DNA of 64,000 nt. Source: Deltaproteobacteria bacterium (GTDB taxonomy: Bacteria > Myxococcota > Kuafuiibacteriia > Kuafuiibacteriales > Kuafuiibacteriaceae). Where the stretch lies: positions 96,001-160,000 of the forward strand of contig JAVJQW010000006.1 in NCBI GenBank assembly GCA_040218735.1, read 5' to 3'. The position numbers were made by a program, and so were the translations under genes. Below are positions 1-9,500 of this stretch, one piece after another (position 1 is the first letter of the stretch; every line of letters begins with the position of its first letter). The notes beneath the pieces were generated by a model that was given only the letters and a program-made list of their open reading frames with translations, made no database searches and was not told where the DNA came from.

Positions 1-1067
1 ATCACCACGCCGAGGACGTCGGCGGAGCGATTCATGCGGTCGAGGAACGCGCGGAACATCCCGAACGAGCGCGACGCGATCGGCTCGGACTGGAGGACAC
101 CTACGACGTGCGTCGCGGCGCCGATGATCTGTGCGGCGGTCCCGTTCATCCCGGCGGGGGCGTCGATGAGGACGAGGTCGGCGTCCCGGGTGAGCGGGGC
201 GACGAGCTCGCGGAGCTCCTCGGAGGTCGGGGTGCGGAGCATCGCGTCCGCGTCGAGCTCGGCGCCGATCGCGGGGACGATGCGGAGGTTCGACATCCGC
301 GTCTTGATCGCGAGGGCGTTGGGATCGACGAGCTGCCCGACGACGTCGTAGACGCCGCGCTGCGCGCGCTCGCGCGAGGCGACGGCGGAGAGCACGTCAC
401 CGTTCACGTCGCAGTCGACGAGCACGACGCGTTTGCCGCGTTTCGCGAGGCCGATCGCGACGTGCAGCGCGATGGTGGTCTTGCCGCAGCCGCCCTTGGG
501 GCTGACGAACGCGATGACCGGGCACTTCAAAGAAGCGGTGGCCGAGGTCTTGGGGGCGCGCGCGGGTTCGGGCGGTGTCGGGATCGGCGTCGGCTCGAGC
601 GGCCCCGGGCTCGGTGCGGGGCGCGCGGTGGCCGGCGCGCGGAGGTCCGGCGCGCGGAGGTCGGGCATCGGGGTGGTGATTCGTGTCGGCGTGGTGATCG
701 GCGCCGGTGCGGCCTGGATCGGCGCGGCGGCGCCGGCGTTTTCGTACTGGGAAACGAGCTGAGCCGTCAGGCGCGCGATGGGGGTGAGCGGCTCATCGTG
801 AGACTCGAGCCGCTCCACGCGAAACGTCTGCAGGGGTAGGGCAAAGAGGCGCCGGAGGGCGGCGAAGCCCGAGGCGTCGCTGCCGATCAGCTGCACGCCG
901 AGGATCATGCCGGCTTTGAGTGTGACGCAGCCGGAGAGCCCGTTGGGGCCGAACAGCTCGACCGAGAGGAGCTGTCGACTGATCGAGAGCGCCTGGAGGA
1001 CGTCGGCGACCGAGAGGTCTCCGAACTCGCCGCGCACGACCGTCTTTTCAGAAGTCAAATCGACCAT
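1..1067 (-). CDS. DUF4388/PATAN-like domain + Pro-rich linker + ParA/MinD-family ATPase (3' end outside window)
   Basis: Not in the ORF track because it runs off the window. Manual translation from ATG 1067: MVDLTSEKTVVRGEFGDLSVADVLQALSISRQ... (DUF4388-like), then a P/A/T-rich linker, deviant Walker A VIAFVSPKGGCGKTT and Walker B LVLIDAPAG. Confidence 0.8.
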   Translation of the reverse strand, partial: MVDLTSEKTVVRGEFGDLSVADVLQALSISRQLLSVELFGPNGLSGCVTLKAGMILGVQLIGSDASGFAALRRLFALPLQTFRVERLESHDEPLTPIARLTAQLVSQYENAGAAAPIQAAPAPITTPTRITTPMPDLRAPDLRAPATARPAPSPGPLEPTPIPTPPEPARAPKTSATASLKCPVIAFVSPKGGCGKTTIALHVAIGLAKRGKRVVLVDCDVNGDVLSAVASRERAQRGVYDVVGQLVDPNALAIKTRMSNLRIVPAIGAELDADAMLRTPTSEELRELVAPLTRDADLVLIDAPAGMNGTAAQIIGAATHVVGVLQSEPIASRSFGMFRAFLDRMNRSADVLGVV

Positions 1068-1188
1068 TCCGTGGGGTGAGAGTCACCCAAAACCGACCCG
1101 ATGTCATGGTGAGACGTGCGCGTACTCCATTCGTATCCCGAGGCTCGCGAAATGCGGTGAACCCGAGCGCGAGCGCAAGGAGAGGCTT

Positions 1189-1977
1189 TCAGATGGCGGT
1201 GACGAGGCTGCGCTCGATGGCCCCGGCGACGCCGTCCCAGAGGACGAGGCGGGCTTCGAGGGCGCGGACGGCGGCGTCGCTCGCGGCGTTCCAGCGATCG
1301 TCGTCGTCGCCGCAGAGCTCTTCGACGAGCGACAGGGCCATGGGGCCGTGGTGGTCGCCGTCGAGCTCGATGTGGCGCTCGAGGTAGTAGCGCAGCCCGC
1401 CGAGGTGTCCGGGCGCGGCGTCGTCGAGGCGGTCGACGATCTTCTGGAACACGTCGGGCAGCAGGTCCTCGCGACCGAACGTGAACGCGGCGGCGGCTTC
1501 ATGGGGCCGGTCCGCGAGCGCGAACGTCTCACACACGAAGTGCCGCACCGGCAGCGGGGCGCGGGCGGCGTCGAGCGCCGAGCGGAGGGTGTCGCGGCCT
1601 TCGAGGTGTCCGAGGAAGTCGTCGACGGTCTCGGTCGACGCGCCCGCCTGCACCATGGCGCTCTTGTACAGCTCGAAGTGGCTCGCGTAGCCGCCGTCGC
1701 CGTCGGCGTCGCTCTCCTCGCCGAGGACGATCTCGTTGATGAACCGGCAGGCTTTGCGGCTGACCGACGGACGCCACGGTACTTCGGTACAGGTCACGTG
1801 CTGCTGGAGCACTTTGAGGAGGGTCATGAAGTCCCACACGGCGAACACGTGGTGGGCCATGAACAGGTGCATGGCCTCCATGGAGTCCATGCGTTCGTAC
1901 ATCGGGTGCCCGAGCAGGAGCCGACGTATCGGTTCACAACGTTTCTCGATCTGCCGAAGCCGCGCGTTGGTGAGCAT
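1189..1977 (-). CDS. DUF3050 family protein (heme-oxygenase/PqqC-like helical fold)
   Basis: Motifs HVFAVWDFMTLLK, INEIVLGEESD, SHFELY, FTFGREDLLP, YLERHIELDGDHHGP. Confidence 0.85.
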   Translation of the reverse strand: MLTNARLRQIEKRCEPIRRLLLGHPMYERMDSMEAMHLFMAHHVFAVWDFMTLLKVLQQHVTCTEVPWRPSVSRKACRFINEIVLGEESDADGDGGYASHFELYKSAMVQAGASTETVDDFLGHLEGRDTLRSALDAARAPLPVRHFVCETFALADRPHEAAAAFTFGREDLLPDVFQKIVDRLDDAAPGHLGGLRYYLERHIELDGDHHGPMALSLVEELCGDDDDRWNAASDAAVRALEARLVLWDGVAGAIERSLVTAI

Positions 1978-2211
1978 GTTTTTCAGTACAGACGTGTGGA
2001 ATACGAATCGTCGAGGGCCACCTTGACGCAGGCCCCCGTCTTGATCATGCGGCTAACCCACGCGAGCCCACCTGTCACCCGTAGCAGTCGTTGCATTCGT
2101 GACGAGGAGGTTGGCGATGGCGCGCAAGTCAACTTGCGAAAGCGTGTATCAGGCCGGGACGATTTTTTTCGCATTTTGTTGGCACGCGTAGCCGGCGTGC
2201 GGTGCGCGCGC

Positions 2212-3369
2212 TCACTGTGTGCAGGCTTCGAAGAGCGCGAGCGCGTGTTCGACCTCGTCGTCTTCTCCGGAGCTCGTCGTCAGCGCGAACGCCCCTCGGT
2301 GTCCGGCCAGTGACATGCCGAGGCGTGGGTTCTTGATGACGACGTTCGGCAGGAACGGGCTGCCGGCGAGTGGCGCGAGGTCTGCGTCGAAGACGAACAG
2401 CTCGACGTACGCCGCGCCCCGCGGCGCGTAGGCGACGGCGATCGCGCCGTCGACGGCTGCGAATTGGGTGAAGCCGCGATCCGGTGCGCGCGCGATGTCG
2501 GCGCCGAAGCGCAGCGCTCGGGTCGCGGGGTCGAACGCGGCGACGCGGAGTTGATCGTCTTGGCGGAAGAGGAGGGCGATCTCGCGCCCGAAGGCCGCGG
2601 CGTGGACGACCTGCGCTTCGTCGGGCCCTTGGACGAGGTATTGTGTCGCGCTGCCCGACGGGTCGAGCGCGGCGACGCCGAGCTGGCCAGTGACGTCGCC
2701 CTCGTCGTCGTAGGCGACGTAGTCGACGCCGTCCACCGTCACGACTTCGGTGGGGGTCGGCAGGTCGAGGTCGAAGGTGACGCCGCGCGGCGGATCTTCC
2801 ATCGAGTAGACGCGCCGTCGCAGCCGCCGCTCGTCGTGCGTGAAGATCGCGACCCCGTCGTCGTCCTGCACCGCGCCGCGGATGAGGTCGTTCGAGAACG
2901 TACCGGAGCTGCGCGCGCGGCCGATCGGAGACACGTAGTACGCCACGGCTCTGAAGTCGGGCCGCGTGCTGCTGAAGGCGATCGCGTAGCCGACGTCGCG
3001 CTCGAAGATCGCGTGCGCGAAGTTCACGGACTCCATCAACACGAAGAGCGGCGTCGGCTCCCCACCCTCCCGCGCGTACCGAAGCCCCGCGACGCCGCTC
3101 GCCGGCCTGCCGTCCGCCACGGTCTCGATCGGCAACGCGACATGGAACCCGCTCGGCTGCGCCGTCACGCTCGCGACCAACGCCACGGGCACGAGCCGCG
3201 CGGGGTGCTCGATCCGCCGCCCCTCGACGAACCCGACCTCACACGGCTCGACGAACCCGGCGTCGGACGCGACGCCCGCGTCGGGGAGGGCGTCGCTGGG
3301 CCCGAGGTCGAGGACCTCGGCGCTGCAACCGACGAGCAGGAAGCAAGCGAGGGGGCGGACGGATCGCAT
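2212..3369 (-). CDS. Hypothetical lipoprotein (beta-rich)
   Basis: Start moved to ATG 3369: MRSVRPLACFLLVGC lipobox followed by a DAG-rich linker; host-like codon usage. Confidence 0.6.
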   Translation of the reverse strand: MRSVRPLACFLLVGCSAEVLDLGPSDALPDAGVASDAGFVEPCEVGFVEGRRIEHPARLVPVALVASVTAQPSGFHVALPIETVADGRPASGVAGLRYAREGGEPTPLFVLMESVNFAHAIFERDVGYAIAFSSTRPDFRAVAYYVSPIGRARSSGTFSNDLIRGAVQDDDGVAIFTHDERRLRRRVYSMEDPPRGVTFDLDLPTPTEVVTVDGVDYVAYDDEGDVTGQLGVAALDPSGSATQYLVQGPDEAQVVHAAAFGREIALLFRQDDQLRVAAFDPATRALRFGADIARAPDRGFTQFAAVDGAIAVAYAPRGAAYVELFVFDADLAPLAGSPFLPNVVIKNPRLGMSLAGHRGAFALTTSSGEDDEVEHALALFEACTQ

Positions 3370-3522
3370 CAGCGTCGATGATGCGCGGGGACGACGCCCG
3401 CCCGAGTCCGAAAGATCGGGGGTGTGGAGCCAAAGACTACGGCGGAGATGTGCCCCACATAGGGCGCGAAGCGCCGGCAGTTCGGCGCCCGCAGCAAGGG
3501 GAATCGACCACGTACAAGACGA

Positions 3523-3557
3523 AGCCCCCATCGCGCCCGAAGGGCGCGGTGGGGGCT
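3523..3557 (-). terminator. Strong hairpin, probably the original ssrA terminator displaced by the island
   Basis: agcccccatcgcgccc-gaa-gggcgcggtgggggct; on the minus strand a cUUCGg tetraloop followed by UCGUCUUGU; lies just downstream of the duplicated tmRNA 3' end. Confidence 0.65.
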
Positions 3558-3607
3558 GAAGTCGAGTGGCCGACTTCACGGCGGCGCTCAGTGCCGGCGA
3601 AGCCGGG

Positions 3608-3631
3608 AATGGAGCCGGCGGGAATCGAACC
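3608..3631 (-). repeat. att site: displaced copy of the tmRNA 3' end
   Basis: aatggagccggcgggaatcgaacc, identical to 13614-13637. Confidence 0.92.
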
Positions 3632-4175
3632 GGCTCAGGCAAAACCATGAAACAGCTAGGTGGCGCGCGTGCTTGGGGCTCTTTCCGTAACCAAACCCAG
3701 CCGTTGTGTGGTCCCCCTTCCGCCGTCTGGTTCTGATCAATACCTCGAGGTTCCGCGGAGTCTGGGCACCATTTGGGCACACGATCAAAAGTTGGGGGGC
3801 CAACCGTGCCCGAGGGTCAACGGATGACGCGGCGGTCACTGCCGGAGATCCGCCGGGACGCCATCGCGAGGGCTGATCGTCTAGCGTCCATCGTCGCCAC
3901 ACCTCCCGCCCGCGGGCGCGGTGGATCGGAGACATCCCCTGGTCACGTCGTCCTCGCCTGCATCGCCGAATTGGACCAAGCAGGCCCAACCGGGTGTCAC
4001 CGCGGCGCCACAACGTGCACAGTCCGCGGCGCACTATTTCCGTAGCGCAAGTGCTACCGCTGCCGCTTGAGATCCGATAGGAGCGCCCGCCCCCGGCCAG
4101 CACGGAGGAAAGCGGCGACGACGGAGGTGCGCCGAGGCAGAACGCCGACATGCGAGCGGTACGACACAACACGCG

Positions 4176-6422
4176 ATGCTGTCAGTGATGCACAAGAGCG
4201 TCGTTCGCGCTGTTCGGGTAGCGCGCGGATGGTCTCGCGTAATAGATTCATTGAGTGTGAAGACGGTGTCGGCGGCAGCAGCAATGGCCATCTTGTTGGC
4301 CACACACAATGTCCACGGGGCGCCATCCGCGGGGGCGATCGCGGTGTTTCACATCCGCAGTGTCGACACAAGCCGGGTTCCGCGAGCGGCAGTCGAGAAG
4401 CTGTCGAGTGAGCTGTCGGAGAGGCTAGCCGCGGAGGGCGAGGAGGTAGTGCCCGACGCTTCTCTCGGTCGCCTCCTGGAGGACCTTCAACGTAATTCAA
4501 TGTCGGCGTGCTACGACGAGAGCTGCCAGATCGAAATAGGGAGGGGGGTGGCGGCTCAGCAGGTTCTCCAGACGCGGATAGTTCAGTACGGAACCAGCGA
4601 ATGCGTCCTGACATCAGTTCTATTCGACCTAAGAACTGAGACAAGTGACTGGAGCTATTCACGCGCCCTCCCGTGTCGTTGGTCGGCCATCAGAGAGGCG
4701 GTTCTGGATATACCCCATCAACTAGTCGCAGGACGCAAGCGTAGGAAGAAGCAAGCGACGACGATAGCGGTCCTACCTCCGAAAGTTGGCGATAAGTCGC
4801 TGGCGCCTCCAATCTTTGTCGAGAGTTTCGCCCACTACTTCGCGATTCTTCTTGCGGAGACTGAGCAGTTTCGCGTTGTCCCTCCTTCGGCAGTGCTCAA
4901 GGTACTTCGCGAAAGGAAACTCGATTCCTACAGCGCGAGATACGACGAGACGAGCCAGGTAGCGGTGGGGGGCGCCCTCCCAGCCGAGGCTGTCGTCTCA
5001 TCGTCGATCGTCAAGAACGGTGACGTCTGCTCCGTCTCGGCAACGTTCTTTGACACGAGCCGGATATCAAGTACACGTGCTGTATCGACAAGGTCCTCTT
5101 GCCGCCCCTATGCTATTGCGCGCTCTTTCACGAGAATCGCGGAGGAGGTTGCCGGTCGACCTCTCGGGTCGCACGTTGAGAAGAGACGTCCTATCCGCTT
5201 CAACTCCATCCCACCCGGCGCCAGGGTCGTTCTCGATGGGGAGCCTGCGTGTTCGTCGACACCTTGCGTGCGCGACCTCGAAGAACGAGTGTACACGGCC
5301 GAATTCCTGCTCGATGACCACGTCCCGCGGCGGCGGGAGTTCGCTGTCGACGACGTGCGAGAGGTAACCGTCGAACTGAACTCGCGTTACGGATACTTGA
5401 CCTTCCTCGGCGGTGGTGGAGCAGGAGTCGCGATAGATGGAACTACGGTCGGCACTTCCCCGATCAGTAATCATAAGGTGAGACCGGGCACGCATGAGTT
5501 CAAAATTGTTGGGGACTGCTTCGAAGATGCCGCCAGTTCCGTTCACGCTGAGGCCGGTGAACATGTCGTTGTTCGACTGGAAACCTTCCGCCGGACGGTC
5601 AAGGTAAATCTAGTGGTTACAGACTCGCGAACGAAGGTGCCATTGTCGGGGGCGAGCCTCACTGCCGATGGACGGCGTATTCGCTTTGTTGACGGTACAG
5701 CGCATCTCCCGGCTTGCACCAAACGGATAGATGTCGAGAGGCGAGGTTATCGATCGAGGCAGATCGAGTTCGGCTCCGCCCTCACGTTCAACGAACAGGT
5801 CGTAGCTCCGCTCGAGGCGAAAGACTGGGTTGAGGCTAACTCTAAGTGGCTTCTTCGAGAAGAGGAGATGAACCTTGTTGAGTCTCAAATTCATCGGTAC
5901 TACTCCAGAGATATCGAGGTCTATGGAGTCCGTTGCCGAGCCAGGGGGGCTGTCGAGTGTGCTGTGTTTAATGGCGAAGAGCTTTTTATGGGATGTGTCT
6001 TGGCGCGAGACGCCGCCATGGATAGCCCAATGGGCGTGACCCACTGCAGTGCTGGGGGTACAGTCTACTTTGGCGACAATGTTGGTAGTCGTCGCGGGTT
6101 CAGGGCATGTTTGCTGTCACGGAACCAAAGGTATACGCCAGCCGGGACCCGTCGCGTGTCGATTCCATGCGCAAAGGGCGGTCTCGTGAAAATATCCAAT
6201 GACGGGCACCTCGTCGGATGTCGGCTTGAACAGAATCTAACGATCGACCGGGTTCATGCGCGCGCGATGGACTGGGTCCGATTTCACGATGAGGGCCAGT
6301 TTTGGTTCCTGAAGATTCCCGAGGCGCGATTGATACAAGGTCGCTTCTGCGAGGCTAGAGCAACTGTCTATTTCGAGGAGGACGGGAGGATCCGCGACTG
6401 CCAGGTGGAGTACGTCGACTAG
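4176..6422 (+). CDS. PEGA-domain protein: 2 alpha/beta N-terminal repeats + PEGA repeats + Cys-containing beta repeats
   Basis: PEGA motifs (FNSIPPGARVVLDG, GVAIDGTTVGTSPI..VRPGTHEF); duplicated IAV..C/YDE.CQ.. domain; start uncertain (could be as late as ATG 4284). Confidence 0.7.
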   Translation: MLSVMHKSVVRAVRVARGWSRVIDSLSVKTVSAAAAMAILLATHNVHGAPSAGAIAVFHIRSVDTSRVPRAAVEKLSSELSERLAAEGEEVVPDASLGRLLEDLQRNSMSACYDESCQIEIGRGVAAQQVLQTRIVQYGTSECVLTSVLFDLRTETSDWSYSRALPCRWSAIREAVLDIPHQLVAGRKRRKKQATTIAVLPPKVGDKSLAPPIFVESFAHYFAILLAETEQFRVVPPSAVLKVLRERKLDSYSARYDETSQVAVGGALPAEAVVSSSIVKNGDVCSVSATFFDTSRISSTRAVSTRSSCRPYAIARSFTRIAEEVAGRPLGSHVEKRRPIRFNSIPPGARVVLDGEPACSSTPCVRDLEERVYTAEFLLDDHVPRRREFAVDDVREVTVELNSRYGYLTFLGGGGAGVAIDGTTVGTSPISNHKVRPGTHEFKIVGDCFEDAASSVHAEAGEHVVVRLETFRRTVKVNLVVTDSRTKVPLSGASLTADGRRIRFVDGTAHLPACTKRIDVERRGYRSRQIEFGSALTFNEQVVAPLEAKDWVEANSKWLLREEEMNLVESQIHRYYSRDIEVYGVRCRARGAVECAVFNGEELFMGCVLARDAAMDSPMGVTHCSAGGTVYFGDNVGSRRGFRACLLSRNQRYTPAGTRRVSIPCAKGGLVKISNDGHLVGCRLEQNLTIDRVHARAMDWVRFHDEGQFWFLKIPEARLIQGRFCEARATVYFEEDGRIRDCQVEYVD

Positions 6423-6565
6423 CCTAGCCTAGAAAACTAACCTAATCCTAGTCCGGCCGAGCCTCAATGCCGATCTCTTAGCGATAGAACCTCGAAATCG
6501 TTAGCTCCTCGGCGCCGTCACGCGGCGCGCTCGAAGCGATATCGAAGCGAAGGACGACCATCTAT

Positions 6566-9500
6566 TTATAGAACGTCGACGCGGAATACGAGTTCGCCTT
6601 TCGTCGTCCTATCGCTTGTCTCCTGACGACGTAGCGCTCGCCTTACCCATGTATAGACGATGATATTTAGTCCATACCGAACCCGCAGTTCATCCGCCAA
6701 GGTCCGATGAATCGATGTCCGAACGCCACTTCCGAGGCTCTGTTCCTCGTAGAGGCCGACGGCTCTACCGCCCTCCCAGTATCGCGTCCGAGTAAGTGGC
6801 GTGCCGTTTCGGACCATTGTGAAGGAACCGTCTGATCGCCATTCAAGTCCAAGTTGTCGCATCCAGAAACCAGGCACGACGGCAATGGCGTTCTCGTCGA
6901 GCAATGCGAGGCTCCCCCGGTGAAGCGCGAGCAGCGGGACCTCGGCGGCTCCTTTGAGTTCCACTGCCGGCGGAATCGCTTCAGCGATGACCCGAACTTC
7001 TTCGGCCGAGTAGCTTCCCTCTTCAAGGGTTCCGATGCGAAGCAGATTTCGATGAACGATACGCGCCAAATCGTCTTGACTAGCGTTCTCAACTCGATCC
7101 GACGCCGCCAATGCAGCGAACCTCCCAACGTCGTAGCCTGCTCCCTTCGTTGACGAGATGAAACATCGATCGAAGACAGGAGTCCACTCCGGCTTCCTCC
7201 GAACGATGAGGGCATCCGGAACGGCCCTGAGCTCGCACCAGGCCGCTTCCGACGCCCTCGATTCGGGCCCAGAAAGGTCAAGTGCGCGGAGATCCCCGGG
7301 CGGACGGGTGGCTGGACACCAGGATGTCCACCAGTCGCGCGAACGAAGCAACCGCATGACCTCCTGCCTTCGATTGTTCGGACACAGCTCTTCCGCAACG
7401 GCGTTGAGGCCCTCGCGAAATGCCGCCGAGGATGCCGGCTCAAACGGTATCCATGCATAGTTCATACCCTGCGGGTGAATGCTACTACGCCGAAGGGCCT
7501 CGTCTTCCTCGCGCAGGGTCCCCACACTAATCCCCTGGATCTCCAAGTACCGCTCCACTCGCCATAGAAGTTCATCTCCACCGATTGATAGGCAGGCGGC
7601 TAGATGCGGCACGATGTCGGTGACTCGTACAAGACTCTGATCACGAATATCACGCATGAACTCTCGAGACGGACGTATGCCAGGCGGGAGAGATACCCTT
7701 CCCGAAATCCTGTCGTTCCGCGGTATGGCGCGCTCAGGCAGCAGCTCATCGATCAGCTCCCGTCCCTCGAAGTGAGTCCAGCGGTCCATCAAAGCCCGAA
7801 GACACGGCGCAGACGACGCGTCAAATACTCCGCAAGTTCTCCAGGCCGTGAGTACGTATAAAGCCTCGGTCTTGACCCATTGCGGCGAGTCTCCACAGGC
7901 AACCGACACCACAAACGGCACCCAAGTCGCCGGATCGATCCCTCCGACAACTATCATGCGCCTCAGCAGCGACCGTCGCCGACGCAACTCGCGGATCTCA
8001 GTCCATCGCGTGCGAATCATGTCCAAGCCAACCGACCAGAATGATTCTTCAAAGTGGTCCCTGAACGCACTCTCGTACGATGGTAGGTCAAGTTCAAGAT
8101 GACTAAACCTCGCCAATACGTGCGTCCGCAGACCATCGTAGATCCGTTGCAGTACGGAGTGTCGGTCGGCCTCGAACCTATCGAGACAACGCATGAGAAG
8201 GAGATCCGCGCCGTGGGCCCGCCCGTACTGCGTAAGATGTCTCCGCACAGAAGCGAGTGCAACCAAGAGCGGTCGCGATCGATCACTTCGATGGGACGCG
8301 TCTAGGTATTGAATATTCTTATCCCAGATTCCCCAGCCATACGCCGTCTCGAAAGCCCTCTCGAAGTAGTTCAAGCAGAGCTCAGCCTCCCCGACGCTCT
8401 GATATGCGCTTGCAATCGCCGCGTAGCTCTCTGCCTCTCTCGCGACGCCAATGAACTCAACATCAACGATGCGGTCAACGTCGGCTCGGACCGTAGCCAT
8501 ACTAAGGAGATGCCGCGCAGCCGCACCAATTGACTCTTGGTAAGCGAAGTCAACGCCCGTACGCCGCGCCCTCGCTACGAATGCCCCGAATGCGTCAACG
8601 CTATCCCCAATCAAGCGCTCCACATCCTCCGGCCGAATCGGCTTGCCATCCGAACCCGTGAGCAGCCTATCGTCCCCGACCGAACGATCCGCCGTCCCCG
8701 GATTCACCACTGGGCTGACGCTAGCGGGTATGGCCGCAACGCCCAGCCGTCTCGCGATATCGTTGAAATCGGGCGCAAACTGGGCTGTCGTCTTGGGATC
8801 TACCTCGCAACGCAAGAATCGCTCAACATCAGCAGCGAGAGGTATCGAATGGGGCGAACCACCTTGGACCATAGAACCAAGGACTCGAAGAAGCGTACGC
8901 GCCTTCGGCTCAAAGCCGTCGATATCAGCGCAGTCGTCCATCAGATGAGTTAGCACGTAGGCTACGAGAGGATCCCACGCGTCCAGCTCATGAAGATAGA
9001 TAGAAATGCAATCGTCCACTTTCCACGCGCCTACCGTTCCCTCCAGCAAGCGGAGAAACGGAAGGGCGCGAGTAGGTCGCGATTCAACGACTCGACGAAA
9101 TAGGGCCTGCGCGAAGTGCTGCGTGCCTTTTCCGTCGGTCACAGCCTCCATAGCAGCTGCGCAAGACGCCATCTGGGCCCAGCCCTTCTCATCAAAGAAC
9201 GAATGCTTAGCCGCGAACTCGGAAGCATCAATCAATAGATCCAGCGTGCCGTCCTTCCTGTGACCATAACCACCACTGGAGAGAACTGCATCTCGGAGAC
9301 AATCACGTGCGACCTTCTTCCATCCGCAGCGCCCCGCTACAGTACCGAGTCTGAGGAAGTGGGATGTCCGAGTCGCAGTCTCTTGAGTCTCCTTGGCAAT
9401 CTTGTCCCTGAGTCTATCGAACGTCGGCTCCATTGCGGAGCGAAGGCCCGGGAAGCGACCCATCACCTCTAGCAGTAGGAGCTCAAGCCGGTAGTCAACT

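Noticed and set aside
2179-2196. TTGGCACG resembling a sigma54 -24 box
   Set aside because: No GC at the -12 position and no gene downstream on that strand.
907-2313. 468-aa plus-strand ORF and similar long antisense ORFs (e.g. 31785-34172, 42898-46587, 59836-63855)
   Set aside because: Shadow frames opposite well-supported genes, expected in high-GC DNA; no recognisable motifs.
3773-4045. 90-aa ORF at the left end of the island
   Set aside because: No motif or clear RBS and it overlaps the putative arm sites; cannot be supported as a gene or as an Avs partner.
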